From positions 1 to 39,722 of the forward strand of contig JADFYC010000003.1 in NCBI GenBank assembly GCA_015233295.1: a DNA stretch of 39,722 nucleotides, read 5' to 3'. This document shows, piece after piece, positions 9,104-19,202 of this stretch; within the stretch, counting starts at the first letter, position 1, and each line of letters starts with the position of its first letter. The notes beneath the pieces were generated by a model. The model had not been told where the DNA came from. It ran no database searches and saw nothing but the letters and a program-made list of their open reading frames with translations. Position numbers and translations under genes: made by a program. Origin of the DNA: Deltaproteobacteria bacterium. Lineage in GTDB: Bacteria > Desulfobacterota > JADFXK01.

Positions 9104-9502
9104 ATGATGAAGAAGTCACTCATTGGAGCAATTGTATTGTCACTGGCATTGGCGGTACCTGCCTTCGCCGCCGGCGATAACGATTCAAGGAAAGGCGCAG
9201 GCCCAAGTTTTGAGGAAAAGAAGGCTGAAGATCTGAAACGAAACGAGGAACGAATAGCCAAAAACCAGCAGGAGAAGACCTGCATAGAGGCGGCAAAGAG
9301 TCACGATGATCTCCAGGCCTGCAGAGAAAAGTATGCTCCGCCTCGTGGTTCCGGCCAGCAAGGAGGGATTGGAGGGACTGATGGCTCAGGTGGACCTGGC
9401 ATGATGGGGAGGCCTGACGGAATGGGCCGGAGAGGTCAAGGCAATTCAGATCAAGGAAGTCAAGGCGGTCCAGGTGGCCAAATTCCTCCGCAGGGCCAAT
9501 AA
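9104..9502 (+). CDS. Small secreted protein with a Gly/Gln/Pro-rich tail
   Basis: RBS AAGGAGG, signal peptide MMKKSLIGAIVLSLALAVPAFA, a charged helical middle with two Cys (CIEAAKSHDDLQAC), and a low-complexity GGxG tail. Function unknown. Confidence 0.6.
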   Translation: MMKKSLIGAIVLSLALAVPAFAAGDNDSRKGAGPSFEEKKAEDLKRNEERIAKNQQEKTCIEAAKSHDDLQACREKYAPPRGSGQQGGIGGTDGSGGPGMMGRPDGMGRRGQGNSDQGSQGGPGGQIPPQGQ

Positions 9503-9682
9503 CAGGGTTAGCCCCTTGCGGTTTTGGGTAAGGCGTAGCAAGATGACCATGAGCTACGCCGTCGATATCTGGGCATGGAACACCGGTTCCGTAACTTCTA
9601 ATGGATACTTCTTCTGTAGCGAGCGAAACGGAACCCACTTAGGGGTTCCTCCCTGCAGGTTTGTATCTCAGAAGGCAGGGTC

Positions 9683-9922
9683 ATGTTGAAACTTTCAATT
9701 GAATATAGAAAATCTTGCTATGCCATGCTCGAATCATTGCTGAGTATCATTAAAGACACTCTGGCGTCTGGCGAGACAATGATGATCTCTGGTTTTGGCA
9801 AATTTTCAGTCAAACAAAAGAGAGCAAGAAAAGGTCGAAATCCTGTCTCTGGCGAAGAAATACTGTTTTCTAAGAGAAAAATCGTGACCTTCCAATACTC
9901 ATGGAATCTAAGAGAAAGCTAA
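9683..9922 (+). CDS. HU/IHF-family DNA-binding protein, apparently decayed
   Basis: SIIKDTLASGETMMISGFGKFSVKQKRARKGRNPVSGEEILFSKRKIVTF matches the HU/IHF beta-arm core (GFG.F....R..R.GRNP.TGE.I). The first helix is short or atypical. The C-terminus stops just before a Lys-rich tail that continues in another frame (see findings). Confidence 0.5.
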   Translation: MLKLSIEYRKSCYAMLESLLSIIKDTLASGETMMISGFGKFSVKQKRARKGRNPVSGEEILFSKRKIVTFQYSWNLRES

Positions 9923-10560
9923 ATCCTGCTCCCGTCGTTAAGCCGGAGACAAAGTCGAAGACAAAACAGAAAAAGACAACCTCAAAATCTGGCATCCAGA
10001 GAGGGTAACCAGTGGCAAAATAGTCCAAGTGTGAAAGGTGTGGGTTTGAAGCCAAGACTTTCGCTGGACTCAAGCTCCATATGCGCAAACATGATCAGGA
10101 TGGAGAAGAGGATCAACAAGGTATGGATTTTACTGCTACAACACCTGGCGAAGGAACAGAACTCCAACAGCAGAGCAGCCAGTCATCAAAACGAAGAAAG
10201 CCCAAAAAAGAGCTACCAGAAGCTGATTGTCTCTCATAATTTTAGAAATCATTGATACCTGGGAACGTGGCTCCAACACTGTCGAGACTCTATCCAAAAA
10301 GTATAAGGTCTCAACTGGAGAAGTCAATAGGGTCATCGGTATGCTGAGGAAAGCAGCCATGAAGCCAGAAGGAGAAGCAGCACCGGCTTTTCTTTGTCCT
10401 ATCACCTTAGAGGAAGTGGTCAGTTCAGCTTTAGCCCATCGGGGAATGAAGCTGCCGAAATAAGTTCTGAACGCGGCCTTCAGGACGGACACCCACCTTG
10501 AGGGAGGAAACTGGCAGCAACGCAGCAGAAAGGATAACAACCCCAAAAAGGATGATATAA

Positions 10561-10613
10561 GAAGGTGCCACGAACTGTATTAATAAATTATATAAACATC
10601 TCGTGGCACCTTC
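10561..10613. repeat. Perfect 13-bp inverted repeat (hairpin) with a 27-nt AT-rich loop
   Basis: GAAGGTGCCACGA (10561-10573) and TCGTGGCACCTTC (10601-10613). On the minus strand it is followed by TTATATCATCCTTTTT, so it could terminate leftward transcription. Confidence 0.75.
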
Positions 10614-10989
10614 CGATGGCAGTTGATCTATATTAGGTTGATCAACTGAGCTTGGCCGGCGTTGTCATTGTGGGGGGATCTTCCCAGCCCCCCAGAGTAG
10701 GGCATCATGCACATCAGATTGATGCCTGCTTGTTTCCTGAGAACCATCGTTTGCAGATTCCGTAGTGCTGCCATTGGAAAGATCAGCGCACCACGAACAC
10801 CAACATAGGTCATGCACTCCAGAAGTCCATGCATTGAAAGAAACGCTCTTCAATGGAGGTATCATTAAGACTCTCGGAGACGTTGGTATCTTCGCCCGGA
10901 ACAGCAAGGATTTCGGTTTCCATAATCTGTTCATTCCGGGGGGCCAGTCATGAGACTCATATGAAAACGCCATGGCCGTCTTGGATCGG

Positions 10990-11031
10990 CCTGGAAATTT
11001 CTGCCATGAATAACACCGGCCGCCGCCGGGG
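10990..11031. repeat. Copy A of a ~40-60-nt dispersed repeat carrying a GC hairpin
   Basis: CCTGGAAATTTCTGCCATGAATAACACCGGCCGCCGCCGGGG. Compare copy B at 36323-36363. Weaker similarity extends left to about 10970. Confidence 0.7.
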
Positions 11032-11355
11032 TCCCCTACTTATGTGTGCCATGATGAGACCCAACCAAATTCCGGAGTCAATAGGTCGTTCTTCTCCGGA
11101 TGTTCGTTCGCCGAAAATCGAGGATATGGGCTCTGGCTTAATTCAGCCGTCGCGAAAAACTCAGATAATGCAGTAGTCTCTTGTCAGTTCTTCAACATCA
11201 ACTTTGGCTGCACCCAAAATGATTCCACTGTCTTGACACGATTGTCACACCCTGGCTGTGGAAAGAAATGATTTAGACCATTGCTGGGCGCTGGTTGCGG
11301 AAATCTAAGCAGGCGCCCACAACAAGTCTCTGTACCAGGCAAGGAGGAGTATCAG

Positions 11356-11838
11356 ATGGACAGAGCTGAATACCAAGGCAAGGCGGATTCCGGATATGAG
11401 GCACCGTTTGACGATTCCTATTGGGTTATCCCGGAGCTTTTCCTGGCCGGCGCATTTCCTGATAAGTGGAAGCTGAGGACCTTGATGGAATTAGATTTCA
11501 AACATATAATCGATCTCACTGAAGAAAAAGAAGATTGTTATTTCGGAGATTATGATCTTTACATCGAGGTGTTATCTCGAAACCCGGGTCGCAAGCCAAT
11601 TCAACATGAGAAGATACCTATAGCGGCCTTTGACACCCCAGATATGGCCACAATGACAATGATTCTTGATAAAATTGATAGTTACATCAATATGAAGGAG
11701 AAGGTGTTTGTACACTGCCATGAGGGTATCAGGAGGACCGGGGCAGTTGTGGGGTGCTTCTTGATGAATCATGACTTGGCCAATGAAAATAATGTCTTAA
11801 ATAAAATAAAACAACTGCGACGGGGTGATTATTATTGA
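11356..11838 (+). CDS. Cys-based (dual-specificity/PTP-like) protein phosphatase
   Basis: RBS AAGGAGGA 7 nt before the ATG at 11356. VHCHEGIRRTG matches the P-loop HCxxGxxR(S/T)G. The size (~160 aa) fits DSP-like enzymes. Confidence 0.75.
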   Translation: MDRAEYQGKADSGYEAPFDDSYWVIPELFLAGAFPDKWKLRTLMELDFKHIIDLTEEKEDCYFGDYDLYIEVLSRNPGRKPIQHEKIPIAAFDTPDMATMTMILDKIDSYINMKEKVFVHCHEGIRRTGAVVGCFLMNHDLANENNVLNKIKQLRRGDYY

Positions 11839-12091
11839 TCTCTTTCCCCAGAGACAAGGTCTTGGCGGGAAATTCTAATGTCGTGGAACATCCAGAGGCA
11901 GGAATTGACCAGTTTATAGGTCAAATGGGCAGCCAATGAGAGATATATTTTGTGGATGTCAAGACAGACTGGAAAGGTAGCCATATTCAGAGTCAGTTCT
12001 GACTACCTTGGGCTTGGGTTATGGGCCACGTAGATAATGCCTCAATGATTCTTCTCCAGGCATACCTTGGGGGGCAACCCATCTGACCCAA

Positions 12092-12928
12092 TCAACCTAT
12101 ACATGTCTTCCTGAATTGACATCCTTGACACTGCCAGCCGGTTGACCTATAGAAGATTCGATTCTCAATGGCTCGGAGTAGCGTGTTTATCAGTTCAAAC
12201 AATCGGTTATAGTCCTCCCCAGACCTGGAAACGAAGTATCTCTCAAAGGCAGGCTCTTTTGTCTTGAGCAAAACATCGAATCTGATCAGACAGGAGCCAT
12301 CCGACATGGCTGGATTGAGCTTTGACGACGCATAGGAGTATATCGTGGATTGTAGGTCGTTCTCCAGTCTCAGGGTATTGAACCGTTGGGAGGCCGTCTT
12401 CAATTCACCGACAAGGATCGTTCCTTCGCTATCAGCTTCAATCAAATCAAAATATCCAACCAGTTTGATGGGGTGTTCTCCATTATCGCTGCTCGTGTCA
12501 GGAATCGGTACAGAGAACGGCATTTCAACGGCGACTATGTGCTGTGGTTCGATTTCGGTGTAGAACAACTTCAGCAAATTAATACCTTGGGTGGTCAGGC
12601 CATCAGCCTTCTCTCCCTCCTTGAAGCTGACTGGAATTTCGTTATCCATGAGCCCGTATTCAAACGAATGTCGGAAGAAATCGATCAGATGATCCAAGGG
12701 CAACGTCTCTTCTATATCCTTGAGGTAGAGATAATACTGTTCGACCGCCCTGTGGATGGCCTTGCCAAAGACCATGGCGACGGGGCGATGCTCCGGGACT
12801 GATCCGTAAACATAGGAATGGGCATATTTCATAGGGCACAGTAAGTAGGTGTTCAACTGTGAATAGGAGAAATGCAGCTCATTCCCGAAGTCGGCTCCCG
12901 AAACTTTACCCTGCGTTTGTGATCTCAT
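12092..12928 (-). CDS. PD-(D/E)XK exonuclease, Cas4/RecB-like, with a four-Cys cluster
   Basis: N-terminal CPMKY plus C-terminal CQGCQFRKTC gives C...C-x2-C-x5-C. Nuclease motifs are GYFDLIE...LVGELKT (D...ExK) and QSTIY (QxxxY). I prefer the start at 12928 (GGGAGG RBS); the ORF is open to 12979. Confidence 0.8.
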   Translation of the reverse strand: MRSQTQGKVSGADFGNELHFSYSQLNTYLLCPMKYAHSYVYGSVPEHRPVAMVFGKAIHRAVEQYYLYLKDIEETLPLDHLIDFFRHSFEYGLMDNEIPVSFKEGEKADGLTTQGINLLKLFYTEIEPQHIVAVEMPFSVPIPDTSSDNGEHPIKLVGYFDLIEADSEGTILVGELKTASQRFNTLRLENDLQSTIYSYASSKLNPAMSDGSCLIRFDVLLKTKEPAFERYFVSRSGEDYNRLFELINTLLRAIENRIFYRSTGWQCQGCQFRKTCIG

Positions 12929-13003
12929 TTGTGCCTCCCAAATAAGAAGGGGAAGGTAGATTGAATCTGCCCTCTCCATAGGTTATCTATTCCTGTTGCC
13001 CTG

Positions 13004-13786
13004 TCACTTGTTGGTTCGGTTCAGCCGATCGATGAACGAGCTGGCCTCGGAAATCTTCAGGTGGGCCACCTTGACGCCGAAACTCTTGATGCTCTCCTCG
13101 TCCAGGGCCTTGCTGTCCTGACCCATATTCTTGCTCAGGGTTATGATGTAATTGAGTTGCCGGTTCGTCAGCCTTGCTTCCTGCTTATCGCTGCGGCTGC
13201 TGTTTCCGTCCCCCTTATTGTCGGGAGGATTGCTGCCCTTACTTTCCGACGATTGTCTCTTTCCTTGCAGGTCAGGGCGAGGCGAGCCTCTTACGGCGGA
13301 TTGATCCTGTCGATCATTATCCCCGTCCCTCTTGTCACATGGTGAGTGAATTCCGTTCCCAGGAGGCGGTTTGGTCGAGGATTCATCTGCCGGGATGTTG
13401 GTCATCCCCTCCAGATGGGACACCTCCTCAGCACCACAAAATTCCACACCATATCCGGCAAAGCGCAAGGCACGGGCGATTCCCCTGGTCTCGGCCAATT
13501 CGAGGATTGCGACCGCAAGAAATCGATCCCGATCGACTGATGCCACACCGAGTCCAGTGAATTTTCCCTTGGCCGTGGTAACCGTGGCGCTGATGACAGC
13601 GAGAGACTGATCATATTGGATGATCTCAGTGGCAATGGAGAGCGTCTGGTTCTCTTCATGGGCCAGCCTGAGGCGACCTCCAATCTTCGGAAATATCGTG
13701 TTGATATATCGGCTCTCTCGCTTGTCATAGTGACTCAGTGTCACCAATTCATCGTCATGGAATTGATTTGGATTCTCTTTCCCCAT
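13004..13786 (-). CDS. Putative phage-type single-strand annealing protein (Rad52/Sak-like), tentative
   Basis: The N-terminal ~120 aa end in AILELAETRGIARALRFAGYG, reminiscent of the A..A.KRAL..FG.G signature of Rad52-like SSAPs. A long acidic/basic low-complexity linker follows, then a C-terminal helical module (LTNRQLNYIITLSK...ISEASSFIDRLN). It is paired with the nuclease downstream. Confidence 0.45.
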   Translation of the reverse strand: MGKENPNQFHDDELVTLSHYDKRESRYINTIFPKIGGRLRLAHEENQTLSIATEIIQYDQSLAVISATVTTAKGKFTGLGVASVDRDRFLAVAILELAETRGIARALRFAGYGVEFCGAEEVSHLEGMTNIPADESSTKPPPGNGIHSPCDKRDGDNDRQDQSAVRGSPRPDLQGKRQSSESKGSNPPDNKGDGNSSRSDKQEARLTNRQLNYIITLSKNMGQDSKALDEESIKSFGVKVAHLKISEASSFIDRLNRTNK

Positions 13787-14349
13787 GGGTACTTCTCCTG
13801 TGGTGCCTTGGGGGCCACAACAATTTATCAGTTAGGGTATCGGGGGGGATTCGACCTCCCAGATTTCCAATGGTTGTAACTTAATCTACGAATTAACCAA
13901 TAGGCTGATATGATGATCCAACAGACCAGACCGAAACAACGATCTTATCATTGACTCTTTGCCTCAAGATGCTCCTAATAGATAACGGGTTGGGATACTC
14001 CATATTTCGTTGATCTCATGATTCGCGCCGTCTGGTTGCAGGATATTGACCTTTCTCAGGTGCCTTGCCATGCTGAAGAGAAGCCTGTCATCGAAATGCC
14101 GAGGTGGTCCGGGGGGAGACGAAGTGTACATCATTGGGAGAGATGATGGTGACCGACCATTGTTCAAAAGAGGAAGATTTTGAAGGGGCTCTCGTCAGCA
14201 ACTATCTAAAGGGCGGTGGAATTATGAAAGTCGGTTCTCTTTGAATCTGGTGTAATGGTTGGCTTGGTGTTTTATCTCGGCAGTTAGGGCCAATATTTCT
14301 CCAGATACAATATAGGCTCCAATAGATGTATTGCCGTTAGCCATAGCGG

Positions 14350-17300
14350 CTACGTCCCTTGGCGTAAGGGTACCCGAATGACCTGATCCACAGTCAAGCT
14401 GACCGCTCTGTATTCTGTTTGCACCTGGCCTGTCAGAAGATGGGGACGGTCCATGTCCAGTTGTTGACAGAATCGTTTAAAGGCCTTGGGGAAGAACACG
14501 GTTTCGTAAATAGCGGTCTCGTCCTCAAAGGAGAAAAATTGCATCGGTTCACCCTCGCGGGTGGCCACCTCTTTTCGGGAAATAGGCCAGCCTTTGACTG
14601 TGACCCACCGGCCGTTCTTTCCAACCAACTCATCAGCGGAAGTGATGACTTGGCAACAAGTAATAAAATATGATTCATATAGTTTCAGCGGATGGACGGA
14701 CAGGACAAACCCCAGGGCCTCTATTTCCTGGGCGCATTTCTGGGTTAGAGATATATCCGACAGGGATGGGACCTGGATCTGATTCCTGGACGCGTTCAGA
14801 TGAAAAGAGGATTGCAGGGAACCAAGAGACTTTGATTTCGTTTCCCGACCCAACCGGCTTTCCACATACCACCTGATCTGGGGTCGATTGAATTCGGGAG
14901 CCAAGGAATCCAACGCCCCACTCCTGACCAGTATCGACCCGTTTTCCGAATGGAGCCTGACTCGCTTGATCAAGTCAGCTAACGAGGCAAAGGACCCCTG
15001 TTGGTGGCGTTCTTCTAAGATGTTCTCCACGGTTTCTCGCCGAATACCCTTGAGTTGTTGCAGCCCCACCCGAATGGTCCGGTCCCGGCCCAGGTAGGCC
15101 CAGTCGCTGGTGTTGATATCGGGTCCTAAGACGGTCAACCCCATCCGGCGGGCCTCTGAGATGTAAGCCGAGGTGGTATAGTATCCACCCTGATTGGAGA
15201 TCACTGCAGCCATGAATTCCGCCGGATAATGGGCTTTCAAATAGGCGGACTTGAAACTGACCAAAGCATAGGAGGCAGAATGGGGCTTGCAGAAAGAGTA
15301 GCCGGCGAATGAGGTGATCATATCCCAGACTTGGGCGGTGACTTCAGCCGACACCCCTCGACCGGCACACCCTTCAAAGAACCGGGTTCGATATTGGACC
15401 AGCTTTTCGGTTCCCTTTTTGCTCAAGGCCTTGCGTAATCCATCGGCCTCACCCCAATTAAACCCGGCCATGGCCATGGCCACCTTGACCACATCCTCCT
15501 GATAAACCATGATCCCATAGGTCTCGGACAGTAGATCGGTCAGGCTAGGGTGCAGAGGTTTATAAGCCGCTCCACGCAATCTATTAATATACTGATTAAT
15601 GTATCTATTGGCCGCTGGTCGAATTATGGATGAATGGATGACCAGGTGTTCAAAGTCACCCCGGCGGGTCTTTTGTTGGAGTTGACGCATGGCCGGTGAT
15701 TCGACATAGAACACGCCCATGGTCTCTCCCCGGCTGAGCAGCTTCAGAGTAGCAGAGTCTTCTAAAGGATTAAACAGGGCGTAGTCTATTTTCCGTCCAG
15801 TATTGACCGCCACCGCAGCCAAGGCGTCTCGAATTACGGCCAAAGAGCGATTCCCCAAGAGGTCGATCTTGATCAAACCGGCGTCTTCGGCCTGATCCTT
15901 TTCCCACTGGATGATATTGACGCCTTTGGCAGCCCGTTGCAAGGGCACGTATCTGGAGATGTGGTCCGGAGCCAGAATAACGCCCCCACAATGGACGGAC
16001 AGGTGACGAGGAATGGACTCCAATTGCGCGGCTAGTCGAAGGATCTCAGGCCAAGGCTGGGGTAAGGAGAAGTCTTGAAATTTAGGATGGGTTTCGATGC
16101 GCTGATCGATCCGATGAACGCCGACCCAGCCCAGGCGTTTGGTCACCTGGTTAATCTGGGCGGAAGGTATTCCATAGATTTTGGCCACTTCACGCACCGC
16201 CCCACGGGCTTGGAATCCGATATGGTTGGCCACCATAGCCATCCGGTCTGAACCATAATGTTCCCTTATTTCGGCTAACAGCCCATCCCGCTCATCCCAG
16301 GGAAAATCCACATCGATATCCGGAAAATCATTCCGATGGGGATTCAAGAACCGGCCAAACAAGAGATTGTGCCGGATGGGGTCCACATGGGTGATGCCCA
16401 ACACGTAACTGACCAGACTGGCCGCCGCACTGCCCCGACCGCAATGGATCAGGCGGCGTTTGACAATATCGGCCACGATCAGGAAATAATCTACAAATCC
16501 TTTGGATTGGATCAGGTTCATTTCTTCGGTCAGCCGGTTCTCAATGGTCGGGTTAGAACGACCGTAACGCCAGATGATTCCCTTCCGGCACATGGCCCGG
16601 AGCCGACTGAAATGATCCTCCGGCTGGTCATCAAAGCTGGGGAAAACCGGCTTAAAATGATCCCATTGGGTGTACAGATCCCCGGCTAACTTGACTGTAT
16701 TGGCCAGGGCTTCCGGGCAATAAGGGAAATGAGCTTATATCTCCTTTTCCGGTTGGAGCCATTGTCCGGGACTGACTGTTTCCGCAGGTGGTAAAGTGCT
16801 TAAGGTCTTGTTTAGGTCAATGGCCCGGACCAATCGGTGCAGGGGGTAGTCATCGGGCTGGGCGAAATAGACCGCATTGGTGGCCACCGCCGGTAGACCC
16901 AAGTCTCGGGACAGATGCCAGGCCCGACGGCCGACGGGACCAGGGACTACCTCCACCCAGCAGTCCGCTCGGGATCGCACGGCCTGCAACATCTCGGGAT
17001 CATTGCTTAAGACAGCCAGATGCTCATGGCAAACGGGTAATTCCACCTTGAGGGAGAAATCTGCGGTTAGATGCCGCCGGGTGATCAAGTCCGAAAGGAT
17101 CTCATAACCGGTCAAGGTCTTGATCAAAATCACCGCCGCCTCGGACGCCGTCTGGAGATATGCCCCGACCAGCGGGGTCAACCGAAGGGCTTTGGCAGCA
17201 GCCACGAAATTGATCAGACCGTAAAATCCGTTGGTGTCGGTCAAGGCGAGGTGAGTGGCTCCATTGGCGACGGCAGTCCGGCAGAGTTCGGCCACGGAGC

Positions 17301-17355
17301 TGACGCCCTGCATCAAGGAATAACAAGAATGAACATGTAAGTGGATAAAGGACAT
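14350..17355 (-). pseudogene. dnaE2: Error-prone DNA polymerase III alpha (DnaE2) interrupted by one in-frame TAA
   Basis: The PHP domain (FIHLHVHSCYSLMQG...) in ORF 16735..17355 and the Pol III alpha core in ORF 14350..16593 are in the same frame. The sequence reads ...[28 protein letters not shown]... and aligns residue-for-residue with the DnaE region [28 protein letters not shown]. Total length is about 1000 codons. Confidence 0.85.
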
Positions 17356-17372
17356 GGTTGCTCATGGCTCGG

Positions 17373-18533
17373 TTATATGGTCCGTCCCCAATTGAGAGCC
17401 TGCGACCCGAACCGGGTTCTGATCGTGTCCACGGCCTTCTGTAATTGCTCATCCCGGCGCAGATCGGTTTCTTCCCAGGGAAAGAGCGAGAGCTGGCGAA
17501 CCGGCATAGTCAAGTCCCAGATGATCAAGATCAGACGGCGGACGGCCATTCGTCTCTGCAGGAGATGATCCAGAGCCGGCAGCAGTGATTGAAACAGCAT
17601 CAGATCAAGATTGGATTTATTTTTGTGGAACCGGTCCCGGTGGTGGCCGATCCGGCCGTCGGCGTAGCGCCATTCCAGATCGAACCAGCCGGGATAACGG
17701 TTATGCCGACGGAGGGTCCATCCCGCTTCCTCCACCAGTCGAAACAAGGCGGCTGATAATGCTTCCTTGTCGATCTCATCTTTATCCAAATTGCGGACAA
17801 AACGGAGTTGAGAGGCGACCTGGAACGGCACGACCGGGGATGTGTCTTCCCCGTGGGCCAGCCGGGCCAATCTAGCGCCTTGTTGACCAAACACCCCGGT
17901 CAGCGTATCCACCTTTAAGGCGGCCAGTTGTTCCACCCGCTGGATATTGAAATCCGTTAAGGCGGCCATGGGCTTGGGACCGATCCCCGGCAGGCTGGCC
18001 ACTGGTAGAGGATCAAGGAAGGTTGGCTCCCCGCCGGGAAAGATGCGACATAATTCACCCGGAGACATAAACTGAGCCGCCACCTGGCTGATCAATTTAT
18101 TGGCCGCCAATCCCAACCTGCCGCGTAATTGCCGCCGTGTCCACAACTCCCGTTCCAAACGGCAAACAGCATCGGCCGCATGACCCCATAACCGCTGCGT
18201 TCCGCTGAAATCGACAAAATAGCGTCCCGGTGTGGTTCCTTCCACCAGCGGTGAGAATTGGTTGAGGTCCTTGAGTATTTCCAGGTGCTGATTTTTATAG
18301 AAGAATAGATCTGGTGGGGTGGTTATCAGGCGCCGACACCGTTGCCGAGCCAGGCTGACCGGCATCCCTTCATAAATTCCTTCCTGGCGAGCTTGGTGAT
18401 TGACGCCTTGGATGACAGACCGGGTATTCTGTTCGGCGATGGCCACCGGTTTGCCTTTAAGCTCGGGCTGCCGCAATTCTTCTATCGACATAGCGAAATC
18501 AGGCAGGTGTACATGAGCGATATACCGGATCAT
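17373..18533 (-). CDS. imuB: ImuB-like inactive Y-family polymerase paralog
   Basis: Y-family fold with the catalytic acids replaced. The N-terminus HVHLPDFAMSIEE aligns with DinB HVDMDCFFAAVE, and FVDFSGTQRLWG aligns with SLDEAYLD. Position between lexA and dnaE2. Confidence 0.75.
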   Translation of the reverse strand: MIRYIAHVHLPDFAMSIEELRQPELKGKPVAIAEQNTRSVIQGVNHQARQEGIYEGMPVSLARQRCRRLITTPPDLFFYKNQHLEILKDLNQFSPLVEGTTPGRYFVDFSGTQRLWGHAADAVCRLERELWTRRQLRGRLGLAANKLISQVAAQFMSPGELCRIFPGGEPTFLDPLPVASLPGIGPKPMAALTDFNIQRVEQLAALKVDTLTGVFGQQGARLARLAHGEDTSPVVPFQVASQLRFVRNLDKDEIDKEALSAALFRLVEEAGWTLRRHNRYPGWFDLEWRYADGRIGHHRDRFHKNKSNLDLMLFQSLLPALDHLLQRRMAVRRLILIIWDLTMPVRQLSLFPWEETDLRRDEQLQKAVDTIRTRFGSQALNWGRTI

Positions 18534-18554
18534 GAGAACCTCTGACTTTGATCA

Positions 18555-19202
18555 TTAAGAATTGTGGTGGTATGGGCTGGAAAATGGAGCCCGGTAATGG
18601 CGCAATAACCCAACCACTAGTCCAATAATGGCCACGTCTTCTTCGGATTTGAACAGAGGTTTCATTTTAGTGTTGGCCGGTCTTAGTTCGATTTGACTGC
18701 CCTGGCGGTAATATTTCTTAACCGTGGCCTCGCCAACCACCATGGCCACCACTGTTTGCCCGTTGTCGGCGTGATTTTGTTTGGTGATGATCAAGACATC
18801 ACCGTCCTTGATGCCTTCATCGATCATGGATTCCCCCCGGACCTTAAGTGCGAAGTTTAGCCCACCCCCGAGAAATGTTTCCGGCACTTCAATGGACTCC
18901 GGAATTTCCGGGGCCTCAATCGGTGTCCCGGCGGCTACCACCCCCAGAAAGGGAATGGACACCGCACCCAGCTTAAGAGGGACCAGTTCCAAGACGCGCT
19001 TTTGGTTGCCCCAGGGACTGGCCAAGTAACCGCGGCGTTCCAGTTGTTTCAGATGTTTGTAAACTGAGTTCAATGACTTATACCCAAAATTCCGTCTTAT
19101 TTCTTCATATGAGGGGGTGTATTCATGCTGCTTGATGTAATCTTGCAAGAAGCGATAGACACGTTCCTGAGCCGGGGTGAGCCCTTGGGGGGATTGGTCC
19201 AT
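18555..19202 (-). CDS. lexA: LexA repressor (S24 peptidase)
   Basis: wHTH (LTPAQERVYRFLQDYIKQHEYTPSYEEIRRNFGYKS), VAAG cleavage region, Ser/Lys dyad context (VRGESMIDEGIKDGDVLII ... EATVKKY). I prefer the start at 19202 (GGAGGA RBS); the ORF is open to 19247. Confidence 0.9.
   Translation of the reverse strand: MDQSPQGLTPAQERVYRFLQDYIKQHEYTPSYEEIRRNFGYKSLNSVYKHLKQLERRGYLASPWGNQKRVLELVPLKLGAVSIPFLGVVAAGTPIEAPEIPESIEVPETFLGGGLNFALKVRGESMIDEGIKDGDVLIITKQNHADNGQTVVAMVVGEATVKKYYRQGSQIELRPANTKMKPLFKSEEDVAIIGLVVGLLRHYRAPFSSPYHHNS

Noticed and set aside
9532-9649. 8-bp (GGCGTAGC/GCTACGCC) and 7-bp (GGAACCC/GGGTTCC) hairpins after the small secreted-protein gene as terminators
   Set aside because: The stems are short enough to be chance, and neither is followed by a U-tract.
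13842-13862. tRNA-like T-arm (GGGGA-TTCGACC-TCCC)
   Set aside because: The expected acceptor-stem partner (GGAAATC) is absent upstream. No anticodon or D-arm can be drawn, and the stem has a mismatch.
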